IMG/VR virus record: IMGVR_UViG_3300032053_004772
Location: 22,774 to 86,773 of that record
DNA: 64,000 nucleotides
Source: a virus
Strand: one strand, 5' to 3'
Numbering within the stretch: position 1 is the stretch's first letter; the number at the start of each line of letters is the position of its first letter. Of this stretch, positions 20,087 to 28,897 are shown one piece after another. The translations under genes were made by a program, and so were the position numbers. Under the pieces are notes generated by a model. That model saw nothing but the letters and a program-made list of their open reading frames with translations, searched no databases and was not told the origin of the DNA.

Positions 20087-20692
20087 ATGGGAAAGATTCT
20101 GTTCATCGGGGCTCACACAGATGACGTGGAATTCGGTTGCGGTGGTACAATCGCAAAGATGATCGAGCGCGGAGAGGAAGTATCTGTCGCTGCTCTCTCT
20201 TGGGGATCCTCTCTGTATCCTGAGATGCACCTAGATCAGGAGTTTCAGAACTCGATGCAGATTTTCGGTGTGAAGGCGACGTTTCTAGGAGACTATCAGA
20301 TTCGTCTCTTTCCACTTAGTCGACATAAGATTCTGCAGCATTTGCTGCTAACTCGAGAGCAGGTGCAGCCGGACGTTGTGTTCTTTCCATCCGTTGTCGA
20401 TATACATCAAGATCATCAGACAGTTTATCAAGAGAGTCTTCGAGCGTTTAAGAGAGTCACACACTTCAACTACGAGTTGTTCTGGAACTGTCCAGACTTT
20501 CACCCTCAGTACTACGTCGAGTTGAGCGAGGAGAACTTCACGACTAAAGTGAGAGCGCTGGAGTGTTACGTCTCACAGAAGAATCGTGACTACTTTGATC
20601 TGCACAAGATTCGGGTGTGGGCTGAGTTTCGAGGAGCACAAGTAGGTAAGCAACTTGCCGAAGCGTTTGAAGTAGGAAAGCTTCTCGGATGA
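20087..20692 (+). CDS. PIG-L/LmbE family N-acetyl-sugar deacetylase
   Basis: GAHTDDVEFGCGGTI, DIHQDH, K..AL..Y.SQ, AEAF. Confidence 0.9.
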   Translation: MGKILFIGAHTDDVEFGCGGTIAKMIERGEEVSVAALSWGSSLYPEMHLDQEFQNSMQIFGVKATFLGDYQIRLFPLSRHKILQHLLLTREQVQPDVVFFPSVVDIHQDHQTVYQESLRAFKRVTHFNYELFWNCPDFHPQYYVELSEENFTTKVRALECYVSQKNRDYFDLHKIRVWAEFRGAQVGKQLAEAFEVGKLLG

Positions 20693-21747
20693 AACTGCCT
20701 CGAGTCTTAATCACGGGGGTAGGTGCTCCCGGTACTAGGGGTACGATCTTCTGTCTTCAGAAGAACTTCGATCGGCAGAAGGTGTTTATCCTTGGTACAG
20801 ACTCCGACGTTAGCGCAGTAGGTCGACACTTTGTGGATAGGTTCTTCACGATTCCGTATGCTGAGACTGGAATGCGATATCTGAAAGCTCTGCAGGAGTT
20901 ATGTGAAGAGCATCGAGTTGACGTGATACTTCCTCAGAACACTGCGGAGTTGCTCATCCTTGCCTGTCATCGAGAGTCATTCAAAAGAACTCGCATCTGT
21001 GTTTCTAGCGGTGATGCGATCTGTAAGTCGAACCACAAGATTCGACTGTTACAGGAGTTTCAGAGGGCGAGTCTTCCTTTTCCGACGTACACAGTTGTTA
21101 CAAATGAAGCCGAGTTGATACAGGGTTTAGCCGGATTAAGCTACCCGAGAGAGCAAGTCGTAGTAAAGATTCCAGACGGTTCTGGAGGAAGAGGTGTTCG
21201 AATTATTTCGTCTCGACCTTATAACTGGCACAGTTTCGTGCATGAGAAGCCGAACGCTCTAGAGTGGAACTTAGATCAGCTACTTAAAGTTGCGCGTGAA
21301 GGTTTTCCTTCTCCTCTCTTACTAACAGAGTACCTTCCTGGGAGAGAGTACTCTGTTGACGTGTTTAGAGGACTGAGTACAGAGATTGCGATACCTCGAG
21401 TTCGACTACGAATCCGTAGTGGTATCACGTTTGACACTGAGATCGTTCGGCACGAAGAGATCGAGCGACAGTCTTTGATTGCTGCTCGTGCAATCGATCT
21501 TCGGTACGCGTTCGGCTTTCAGTTTCGAGAGAATGCTCAAGGTAAAGCGCGTGTCATAGAATGCAATCCGAGAGTGCAGGGTACGATGGTAGCCAGTTAC
21601 TTTGCAGGTGCAAACATTCCGTGGATGGCAATACGAGAGGCTCTCGGTCTTACGCAGCATCCAGAGGTTCAGATTCAGACTGCGCGTTTCACTCGATATT
21701 GGGGAGGAGTTGGACTTGTCCACAACGAACGGCCGATCAGTATCTAG
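20689..21747 (+). CDS. ATP-grasp ligase (carbamoyl-phosphate-synthase-like)
   Basis: VLITGVG, K..GSGGRG, EYLPGREYSVD, QF, IECNPR. Confidence 0.9.
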   Translation: MKLPRVLITGVGAPGTRGTIFCLQKNFDRQKVFILGTDSDVSAVGRHFVDRFFTIPYAETGMRYLKALQELCEEHRVDVILPQNTAELLILACHRESFKRTRICVSSGDAICKSNHKIRLLQEFQRASLPFPTYTVVTNEAELIQGLAGLSYPREQVVVKIPDGSGGRGVRIISSRPYNWHSFVHEKPNALEWNLDQLLKVAREGFPSPLLLTEYLPGREYSVDVFRGLSTEIAIPRVRLRIRSGITFDTEIVRHEEIERQSLIAARAIDLRYAFGFQFRENAQGKARVIECNPRVQGTMVASYFAGANIPWMAIREALGLTQHPEVQIQTARFTRYWGGVGLVHNERPISI

Positions 21748-22357
21748 CGTTTTCGGTAGGAGATACCTGTTTCATGTACACTCTCAGTTTGCAGATGGAT
21801 CGGCTTCCGTGGAGGACTACCTTCGACTCGCACAAGCGCACGATCTAGAGACCGTCACGATTTTGGAACATGCACGTCGCATACCGTCTTACAGTGTACA
21901 GCGATATGCAGACACCATTCGAGAGACCTCGAATCGGTTAGGGATCAGAGCGCTAGTAGGATTTGAGGTTAAGCTGGATTCGGATGGTTCGTTGGACATC
22001 AACGATGAGACACTGGCTCTCGCGGATGTAGTGGGATTAGCGGTTCACAAGTTTCCGAATGACTTCATGATGTTTATGAAGGCGTTCTCCTCGGTACTAC
22101 GATTGTGCAGCGACAAGATTCGAGTGTGGGTTCATCCGGGACTATGGTTCGTTCGGAGGGGAATTCTCGAGGAGAAGTTTTTGGTGTATACAGCGATGTT
22201 GAATATCGCTGTAAGTGAGGGTTGGTTTATAGAGTACAATCTGAAGTACAACTTGATCCCGAGATCGTGGCGGAAACTTGTACATCGGAGTAAGTTGGTA
22301 ACCGGCGTTGATGCTCACTCTATAGATGATGTAAGAAAGCATATTCATCTACTATAG
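21716..22357 (+). CDS. PHP-family phosphoesterase
   Basis: HVHS..ADG, EH, G.E, AVH, HP, GVDAH; start inferred from GGAGGAG plus TTG. Confidence 0.8.
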   Translation: MSTTNGRSVSSVFGRRYLFHVHSQFADGSASVEDYLRLAQAHDLETVTILEHARRIPSYSVQRYADTIRETSNRLGIRALVGFEVKLDSDGSLDINDETLALADVVGLAVHKFPNDFMMFMKAFSSVLRLCSDKIRVWVHPGLWFVRRGILEEKFLVYTAMLNIAVSEGWFIEYNLKYNLIPRSWRKLVHRSKLVTGVDAHSIDDVRKHIHLL

Positions 22358-22409
22358 CTCTTTATAACTTATCTCTCAGTGGCTTGTACTATTATTACCG
22401 GGAGAAACT

Positions 22410-22440
22410 CAGAGATGTTAACAAACATCTCTGTTTTTTT
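22410..22440 (+). terminator. Rho-independent terminator ending the late/tail transcript
   Basis: CAGAGATGTT-AACA-AACATCTCTG followed by T7. Confidence 0.9.
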
Positions 22441-22612
22441 GGTTATCGGGTGAGGGATCGTCTCGGTAATATCTTCGTGGTACAAAAAGTGAATGTGTCG
22501 GGTCGCTCTATTCACCTTGAATTGCTAAAGCCAGGGTGTTACTATGGTAAATATAAATATAGCGGTTTCGATAGAAAACTTAGAAAAAATAAAAATAATT
22601 CTTCTTTTCCTC

Positions 22613-22641
22613 TTGATTTTTCTTTCAATCTATATTATAAT
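22613..22641 (+). promoter_or_regulatory. Strong sigma70-type early promoter P1
   Basis: TTGATT-N17-TATAAT with an A/T-rich UP element. Confidence 0.85.
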
Positions 22642-22679
22642 ATAATTGTAGACTAAGAAGAAAGAGAAGAGGGAGAGCG

Positions 22680-23567
22680 ATGAAGGTAGAGTTCAACAAA
22701 GATAGGACGTTCGGAGTAGAGTTCGAAGTGATCGGAAACTACGACGCTGCGCGCTATCAAGTGTTGCAAGGGATCAAGAAACTCTATCGGGAAGGGCGCA
22801 TCACTCACGACGTTGAGGATATCGGTTGCTACGAGCACACAGGAAGCGGGAACGTTAAGTGGGTTATTAAGAACGACACCAGCTTACACGGACACGACAG
22901 GGTCGGGTTCGAGGTGGTTACGCCGGTCCTTAAGGGGTTGGAGGGACTGTACGAGCTCGAGCAAGTAGCAAAGGTGCTTAACAAGCACTCGCACATAGAG
23001 CAGTGCTGCGGTGGGCACGTACATCACGGTGTGAGCGATCTCAATAAGCAGGCGTTCAAGAACCTATACGGTCTGATGAAGAAGTACGAGAGAGTGGTGG
23101 ACTACTTCGTAGCACCCAGCCGGAGACGCAATCAGTATTGCAGCCACCTTCCAGAGGCGGACGTGTTTTTCAGAGACACCAGTGCAGAGCGGCTCTATCA
23201 TCAGTACGATGCCGAGCGGTTCTATCGAGCAGTGATTAGCAGGCTCGGGCGGAGAGCAGTGAACTTCAGCTCCTATGCGATCAGAGGAACGATAGAGTTT
23301 CGGCAGCACCAGGGGACGGTGGACTTTGTGAAGATCAAGCAGTGGATCACTCTGACGCAGGCGTTTATTGAGACGGCCAAGCGGAGGAGCAGTGTTCAGT
23401 ATCAGGTGCGCGACGCACTCTCGATCGACAATCTCTTTGCGGATCTCAATTGGGTGAAGGTCTCTGTGACGGACGAGATCAGTGAGGAGATCGTTCAGGC
23501 GCGGACGTTCCTGCGGGAGCGCTATCGGACGTTCAGGCAGGCCGGCGCGACAGAAGCGGTCGCGTAA
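22680..23567 (+). CDS. Amidoligase (COOH-NH2 ligase family)
   Basis: RTFGVEFE, W.IKND.SL, EVVTPVL, CGGHVH, GTIEFRQHQGT. Confidence 0.9.
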   Translation: MKVEFNKDRTFGVEFEVIGNYDAARYQVLQGIKKLYREGRITHDVEDIGCYEHTGSGNVKWVIKNDTSLHGHDRVGFEVVTPVLKGLEGLYELEQVAKVLNKHSHIEQCCGGHVHHGVSDLNKQAFKNLYGLMKKYERVVDYFVAPSRRRNQYCSHLPEADVFFRDTSAERLYHQYDAERFYRAVISRLGRRAVNFSSYAIRGTIEFRQHQGTVDFVKIKQWITLTQAFIETAKRRSSVQYQVRDALSIDNLFADLNWVKVSVTDEISEEIVQARTFLRERYRTFRQAGATEAVA

Positions 23568-23572
23568 GGAGG

Positions 23573-23809
23573 ATGAAGTTGAAGATTCGGTGGAAAGATC
23601 ATACGATCAAAGGTACGCCAGAGGAGATCGTGCGAACGTTGAGAACGGAGATTGCTTGGGACGCACCAAAGACGGATCAGAGGTATATGAACGAGGTTGC
23701 CGATCGGGTGCTCTATTTGTACGGAATGATGATACCGACCGACGATCCAGAGGAGTTTCTGCAGGCGCTGGCAGCGATCCAAGAGGTGAAAGTGAAGGAG
23801 GACGAGTAG
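23573..23809 (+). CDS. Hypothetical protein in the amidoligase operon
   Basis: SD AGGAGG; lies between amidoligase and GATase. Confidence 0.6.
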   Translation: MKLKIRWKDHTIKGTPEEIVRTLRTEIAWDAPKTDQRYMNEVADRVLYLYGMMIPTDDPEEFLQALAAIQEVKVKEDE

Positions 23810-24565
23810 ATGTGCGGAATCACTGGCTTTGTTAAGACCGCCGATCGAACGTACGCAACTGAGCCGGTGCTGCGCTCCGTGTTTGAGGTGATGCAGATTC
23901 GTGGAGAGCACGCTAGTGGAATCGCTGCGTTGATGGGAAGCAAGAAGAAGCGAGAGATCGGAGTTGCTAAGGGTAACGTTCCGTCGACCGAGTTCGTACA
24001 GAGAGACGAGTGGAAGGAGTTCGTTCCTCGCGCGAACGTGCTGATCGCGCATACGAGATACGCTGTCTACGGGAATCCGTCCGACAACATTAACAACCAT
24101 CCGCACAGCACCGACGACTACAAGTACTCGTTGATCCACAACGGAATAGTGCACGATCGACCTAAGAGCGTTCGAGGGTTGCTTAAGAGCAAATGTGACT
24201 CTGAGATACTCTTACGGTTGCTCGAAAAGAACGGAGTTGTGAAGGGATTCCGAAAGATCGCGCATATGAAGCGTTCCTCTGTAGCAGTGCTAGTGATCAA
24301 GGCCGACACTGGAGTACTTTATGCGTATCGGAACGAACACTCGCCGCTGGTGTACTGCGATCTGACGACCGAGATCGGAGGGTTGCTCTTTGCTAGCACG
24401 GCCGAGTTGATGGTAGAAGGTATTCGAAAGGCCGGATTCGATTTCGGAGATATCGAACGGCGCTGTGCTCCTATAATTCCAAACGTGGTGTACGCGTTCA
24501 CAACTAAGCGCAGGTATCCGAAGACGAAAGTTCTTACGGAGAGCGTTGTTCAGACAGTGACGTAG
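23810..24565 (+). CDS. Class II (Ntn) glutamine amidotransferase
   Basis: N-terminal MCGI, RG..ASG, HTRYA, NNHP, HNG, DSE. Confidence 0.9.
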   Translation: MCGITGFVKTADRTYATEPVLRSVFEVMQIRGEHASGIAALMGSKKKREIGVAKGNVPSTEFVQRDEWKEFVPRANVLIAHTRYAVYGNPSDNINNHPHSTDDYKYSLIHNGIVHDRPKSVRGLLKSKCDSEILLRLLEKNGVVKGFRKIAHMKRSSVAVLVIKADTGVLYAYRNEHSPLVYCDLTTEIGGLLFASTAELMVEGIRKAGFDFGDIERRCAPIIPNVVYAFTTKRRYPKTKVLTESVVQTVT

Positions 24566-24573
24566 GAGGTGAG

Positions 24574-24774
24574 GTGATGAGCTTTCGCTGTGAAATCTGT
24601 AAGCAACCACAACCGGATCATACGAAGCCGGTTCGGGTTGTCACAGAAGAGAGAGAGAAGATCTATCCTCCGAGATATCGGAGTGATAGAACTCTCATCG
24701 ATGAGGGTGGGGTTGGTACAGAGATCGTAAAGGAAAAGAGTCTCTGTCAACCTTGTGCGAGGAGGTTACAGTAG
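24574..24774 (+). CDS. Small Zn-finger hypothetical protein
   Basis: CxxC at both ends; SD GGAGGTG. Confidence 0.55.
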   Translation: MMSFRCEICKQPQPDHTKPVRVVTEEREKIYPPRYRSDRTLIDEGGVGTEIVKEKSLCQPCARRLQ

Positions 24775-25565
24775 TGAACGAACACGACTTCGAGGTGGTA
24801 CGAGAGCCACTGCCTCTCTCGGACGGAATCGACACTATGCACGACGCGATTGTGAGAGCTGACAATCGCACTGTAATGGGTGTTGTATCACGTGACTATC
24901 AGCTCGTGAAGCACGTTGAGGCAATCGACTTTGTGCGGTCGATGTTTCCGGCAGAGACGTACAAGACGCAGGAGAAGATCGTTAGCTACGCCGGTGGTAA
25001 GAGGCTCGATTACACTCTCACGCTACCGACGATGCGCGCTCTAGTGGTTGGAGAGGAGTTCGATCCGATGATCACGGTGAGGAACTCCTACGATCTTTCC
25101 AGCTCGTTCTCACTGTGGTTCGGAGTCAAGAAGCTCTCGTGTGAGAACGGAGCGTACGTTACAAAGAGAGCGTATGCGGTGCGTCTTAATCACGCGTATC
25201 ACAACATCGAGTTCGATCGGATCCGACAACCAGTACTGACCAAGCTTGAGACTGTGGTAAGTCGTCTCTCCGATCGGTTGTCACAGATGGGCACCAAAGA
25301 CGGTCTTGCGTATCTCGTACCTTTCATCTTTGAGAGCGTCGTTGCTACGAAGTACAAAGAAGCGGTTCTCGCAGTTGAAGAGATGCGAGGCAAGATCGAG
25401 GTCGTTCGGGACGATCAGGATCGGATCACGGAGATCAAACCGACTAGGGATCTGTTGACGGCCTACGTGGTGTGGAACGCTCTAACGTTCGTCGCGACAC
25501 ACAAGGTCGAGGCGATGCAGGTTCGGCGAGATATAGACGCGGAGATCGCGCGACTCTTCTTTTAG
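24774..25565 (+). CDS. DUF932/DUF945-like phage protein
   Basis: GVVS.DY.LV.H.EA, NSYD.S, CENG motifs. Confidence 0.75.
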   Translation: MNEHDFEVVREPLPLSDGIDTMHDAIVRADNRTVMGVVSRDYQLVKHVEAIDFVRSMFPAETYKTQEKIVSYAGGKRLDYTLTLPTMRALVVGEEFDPMITVRNSYDLSSSFSLWFGVKKLSCENGAYVTKRAYAVRLNHAYHNIEFDRIRQPVLTKLETVVSRLSDRLSQMGTKDGLAYLVPFIFESVVATKYKEAVLAVEEMRGKIEVVRDDQDRITEIKPTRDLLTAYVVWNALTFVATHKVEAMQVRRDIDAEIARLFF

Positions 25566-25581
25566 GAAGAGGGTTACCTTT

Positions 25582-25607
25582 GCCGGTCTTTGTGAGAGAC
25601 CGGCTTT
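25582..25607 (+). terminator. Stem-loop, weak terminator candidate
   Basis: GCCGGTCT/AGACCGGC stem followed by only TTT. Confidence 0.4.
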
Positions 25608-25629
25608 GGGAACTGGTGAAGGAGGAACT

Positions 25630-25716
25630 ATGAAGTGGTACGGGGTACTGCTGATAGCCTACGGTGCCTTCCTGCTGGGCTTCTTTTTCGCGGCGCTATT
25701 TCGGGCGAGTAGGTAG
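25630..25716 (+). CDS. 28-aa membrane peptide
   Basis: SD GGAGGA; MKWYGVLLIAYGAFLLGFFFAALFRASR. Confidence 0.6.
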   Translation: MKWYGVLLIAYGAFLLGFFFAALFRASR

Positions 25717-25724
25717 AGTAATAA

Positions 25725-25763
25725 GGTAAAGTTGAAAGAGTTCTTTCGGTATTATTACTGTGA
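25725..25763 (+). promoter_or_regulatory. Candidate phage-specific promoter (GGTAAAG-N16-GGTATTATTACTGTGA)
   Basis: The 16-mer matches 38458-38473 at 15 of 16 positions; intergenic. Confidence 0.6.
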
Positions 25764-25774
25764 TGGAGGTTTAG

Positions 25775-26002
25775 ATGGCTAAATTACTTCGGCAGGTGAC
25801 GTTGCGAAAGGACGCGACTGAGTACGATAGTGCGTTGACGCTTTCGATCTCAGCGAACTGGCTTACTCGGACGGGTTTGAAGAGAGGAGACTTCATCAAT
25901 ATCTATGAAGAGGATGCAAAAACGCTGCGCGTTACAGCAGAACGAAATCCCTTCGGAACGCCGGAAGAGATTCCACAACCCGGTCGTCGGAAGAGTGAGT
26001 AG
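25775..26002 (+). CDS. AbrB/MazE-like DNA-binding protein
   Basis: 75 aa; L.LSI...W....GLKRGD.I.I swapped-hairpin pattern. Confidence 0.6.
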   Translation: MAKLLRQVTLRKDATEYDSALTLSISANWLTRTGLKRGDFINIYEEDAKTLRVTAERNPFGTPEEIPQPGRRKSE

Positions 26003-26059
26003 TTTACTAACGTCACCCGGAAACCGAAACTTCGTATATCTCTCTTCTTTCTTTTGTCA

Positions 26060-26109
26060 GCGAGCCCGAGATGTTCTCCTCCCACTCTCATCCGGGCTCG
26101 CGTTTTTTT
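26060..26109 (+). terminator. Rho-independent terminator/attenuator upstream of the replication operon
   Basis: GCGAGCCCG...CGGGCTCGC stem followed by G-T7; C-rich loop. Confidence 0.7.
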
Positions 26110-26115
26110 ACGTAT

Positions 26116-26562
26116 ATGATAACGCGGATTCGTATTGAACTTAACACCGAAAGCGGACGCGTAGTACAGATAAGTGGAGCGCGACATCTTCTTCCTATGA
26201 CACCCGCTGAGCGAATTCTGGCGTACTTCAACAAGGTTACCGGGAAGAAGTTGCGCACAACAACAAAGGAGAACATGCAACTTATCGAGGCACGACTTCG
26301 GGAAGGTTATACGGAGGCGGACTTTCGGCACGTCATCGATGTTAAGCAACTGGAGTGGAGGGGAACAGAGATGTATCGCCACATGCAACCACCGACTCTG
26401 TTCATTCCCTCACACTTCGATAACTACTTGAACACACGGTTGGAGGATGTGCGACCTCAACGACAACGTGTCTTCGGAGACACGCTCACGTGTTCGAACT
26501 GTCATAATATTGTGTATCAACACGACACTGTTTGTAGAACCTGCGGAAAGGAGCTCGAGTGA
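26116..26562 (+). CDS. Replication initiator-like protein (conserved phage C-terminal domain)
   Basis: IL.YFN..TGK, I.ARL.EGY...DF..VID.K..EW...EM...P.TLF...F..YLN. Confidence 0.8.
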   Translation: MITRIRIELNTESGRVVQISGARHLLPMTPAERILAYFNKVTGKKLRTTTKENMQLIEARLREGYTEADFRHVIDVKQLEWRGTEMYRHMQPPTLFIPSHFDNYLNTRLEDVRPQRQRVFGDTLTCSNCHNIVYQHDTVCRTCGKELE

Positions 26563-27428
26563 AGATCGAGAATCCGAATCACGTGGGTGAGCATACTCTC
26601 TACCTTATTGGAGGACAACGAGTCTGTGGTAGTTGTCGCCGATCTCTTCTTAATACGGAGAAGTGTCCTTTCTGCGGTGCTACGTACGATGAAGAGGAAG
26701 AAGTCGATAGCACAACAAGAATCACCAGAGAGCTTTTCGACAGACTCTTTCCGCAGGATGCTTCTTTAGATGTAGAGAGCGACTTTCGCACTCACGCTCT
26801 TCTCGTTCATCACTCTCAGGACTCTGTGAGTCCGAGCTCTGCACAATTAGATCGGGAGCTAAAACGTCAGCAGGCTGATCTGTTAAGTACATCAGGGATT
26901 CCTCGCTGCTTTCACGCCACACCCTGGGAACAGTATGTTTTGCATCCTGAGATGATAGAACCGGTTAGGTGGCTGCGCAGTTACGCTATGAGACCAGTAC
27001 CGATGACGATTCTATTATTCGGCCCCAACAACTGTGGCAAAACGATGTTAGTGAGTATGCTGTTGCGAGACATGCTACTTCAATTCGGTCCGGTGATCGG
27101 TGGTTACTTTCTAACGCCGTCCGAGATCGTAAACGTTACGATGAATGCGTGGAAGGATACGAAGTCACAAGAACGATTGGATTACATTCGAATTGCATCC
27201 GTTGTAGCGATTGATGATATGTTCGATACTGAGAAAGCGTGGATACGACTAGAGGGACCTGCTTTGCCTCTACTCGATGACTTTCTTAGGTTGCGTATTC
27301 ACAATCAACTTTCAACGTTGATCACGACGAATAAATTGCCTCTGACGTTAGAGGAGACACCTGCGTTTAGAGGAATGATGTTTCTTTTGCGAAAGACGAA
27401 CTTTCGAATTGTTGAGGTGTACCGTTGA
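26559..27428 (+). CDS. DnaC/IstB-like helicase loader ATPase
   Basis: Walker A GPNNCGKT, Walker B AIDD, TLITTN. Confidence 0.8.
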   Translation: MKIENPNHVGEHTLYLIGGQRVCGSCRRSLLNTEKCPFCGATYDEEEEVDSTTRITRELFDRLFPQDASLDVESDFRTHALLVHHSQDSVSPSSAQLDRELKRQQADLLSTSGIPRCFHATPWEQYVLHPEMIEPVRWLRSYAMRPVPMTILLFGPNNCGKTMLVSMLLRDMLLQFGPVIGGYFLTPSEIVNVTMNAWKDTKSQERLDYIRIASVVAIDDMFDTEKAWIRLEGPALPLLDDFLRLRIHNQLSTLITTNKLPLTLEETPAFRGMMFLLRKTNFRIVEVYR

Positions 27429-28897
27429 GTGATCTCTTCGCGCTAAGTCGAGACGAAGACAATGAGCGGGTGGTGTTGAGTGGAGCTTTACGAGACGTTC
27501 TGTGCTACAAACTGTTCGTGGATTTAGAGGCGAAGGACTTCTTTGATGCTAAAAATCGTTGTGTAGCTGAAGCGCTGTTGCAAGCAGGACAACCGAGTTC
27601 TCTAGATCTTATTCTTGCGCTCTGTCGAAAGACTGTATATACGCAACCTACTCGAGAGGAACTTATCGCGTTGTACGGAACTGTACGCGCGTCTGTTGCC
27701 GAGTATAAGAAGCACATCGAGTTGATCAAGTCGGACTCTCGCAAGCGAACGATAGAAGACGAGTTGTTGCCTGAGTTGGTTGAGAGTCTAGCGACTCGTT
27801 CGATTGAGATCAGTCGAGTATCAGATGTTGCATTACGCATCAAAGATATCGCTGATGTGGGAGCGGGAAAGTCGTTGATCTCTACTGCAGCAGACGCACT
27901 TGAACAGTACGCTGCGGTAGAAGAGGCCCGACTAAACAAGCAGTACTTTCGAGGTACCGGATTCGCTAGGATCGATCAGCATCTAACGAGAGGATTCTTT
28001 CCCGGTGGTATAACCGTTCTTGCAGGTCGACCAGGAATGGGAAAGAGTGCAGCTGTAATCAACTCGATACTGCGTCTCGGAATTGGTAAAAATAGTGTTC
28101 CGGGAATCCTCTTCTCGTTAGAGATGAGTCTGGTCTCTGTACTAGATCGGGTTCTGGCGAGATTGGCTGGTATCCCGTTTGTTCGTATCGCGAAGCACTT
28201 TTCGGAACTAACTCCTACGGAACGACAGCAGTACGAGAGTGCGAAAGTGCAACTAAGAAAGAACACTCACGTTCACTTCTGTGATACTGCAGGAGTGTCA
28301 CTTCAGTTTATTCGAGAGCAGATTCGTAGATTTCAAGTACGAACAGGACAGCAGTTCTGCGTTGCGTACGTAGATTTGTTCGGAAAGATTCGAGATCTAC
28401 GAGAGGACTTTCTTGCGCAGAGTTATGAGCGAAGTCTGAATCAGATGCAGGCTATCGCTCGGGAACTCGGAGTACACTTCGTACTTGTAGCTCAGATTCG
28501 ACGCGACGCCGAGGGTGGAAGAAAAAGCATCTGGAAAAATAGGCCAAGTCTGAACGACATTAAGAACTCCGGAGCGTGGGAGGAAGTCGCAGACTTGGTT
28601 TTGTTTTTGTTTCGCGCAAAGTACTACAATCCGGAACTTGAAGATGATGTGCTAGAGATGCATGTGGCGAAGCAACGCGATGGATTGGCGAATGTTACGG
28701 AGTACTTTCGATTCTCAGCGGAGTATTCGATGATTCTTGATGAGGAGGGGTTGTTACCCTATGATAGACGGGAGTACTCGGAGCAAAATCGGTCGGCTGC
28801 TCGTACGCAGTCTTCTCAAGAGACACGAGCACAGCTCAGTAACCTTAGACGTAGAAGGTTGGCTGACGACGGAGCTTCGAGCAGAGCAAGTTCGTAA
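27425..28897 (+). CDS. dnaB: Replicative DNA helicase
   Basis: LAGRPGMGKS, FSLEM, LVAQIRR, RPSLNDIKNSG.WEE.AD, AKQRDG. Confidence 0.95.
   Translation: MSDLFALSRDEDNERVVLSGALRDVLCYKLFVDLEAKDFFDAKNRCVAEALLQAGQPSSLDLILALCRKTVYTQPTREELIALYGTVRASVAEYKKHIELIKSDSRKRTIEDELLPELVESLATRSIEISRVSDVALRIKDIADVGAGKSLISTAADALEQYAAVEEARLNKQYFRGTGFARIDQHLTRGFFPGGITVLAGRPGMGKSAAVINSILRLGIGKNSVPGILFSLEMSLVSVLDRVLARLAGIPFVRIAKHFSELTPTERQQYESAKVQLRKNTHVHFCDTAGVSLQFIREQIRRFQVRTGQQFCVAYVDLFGKIRDLREDFLAQSYERSLNQMQAIARELGVHFVLVAQIRRDAEGGRKSIWKNRPSLNDIKNSGAWEEVADLVLFLFRAKYYNPELEDDVLEMHVAKQRDGLANVTEYFRFSAEYSMILDEEGLLPYDRREYSEQNRSAARTQSSQETRAQLSNLRRRRLADDGASSRASS

Noticed and set aside
22384-22656. 90-aa ORF
   Set aside because: Spans the terminator and promoter P1 and has no SD; likely non-coding
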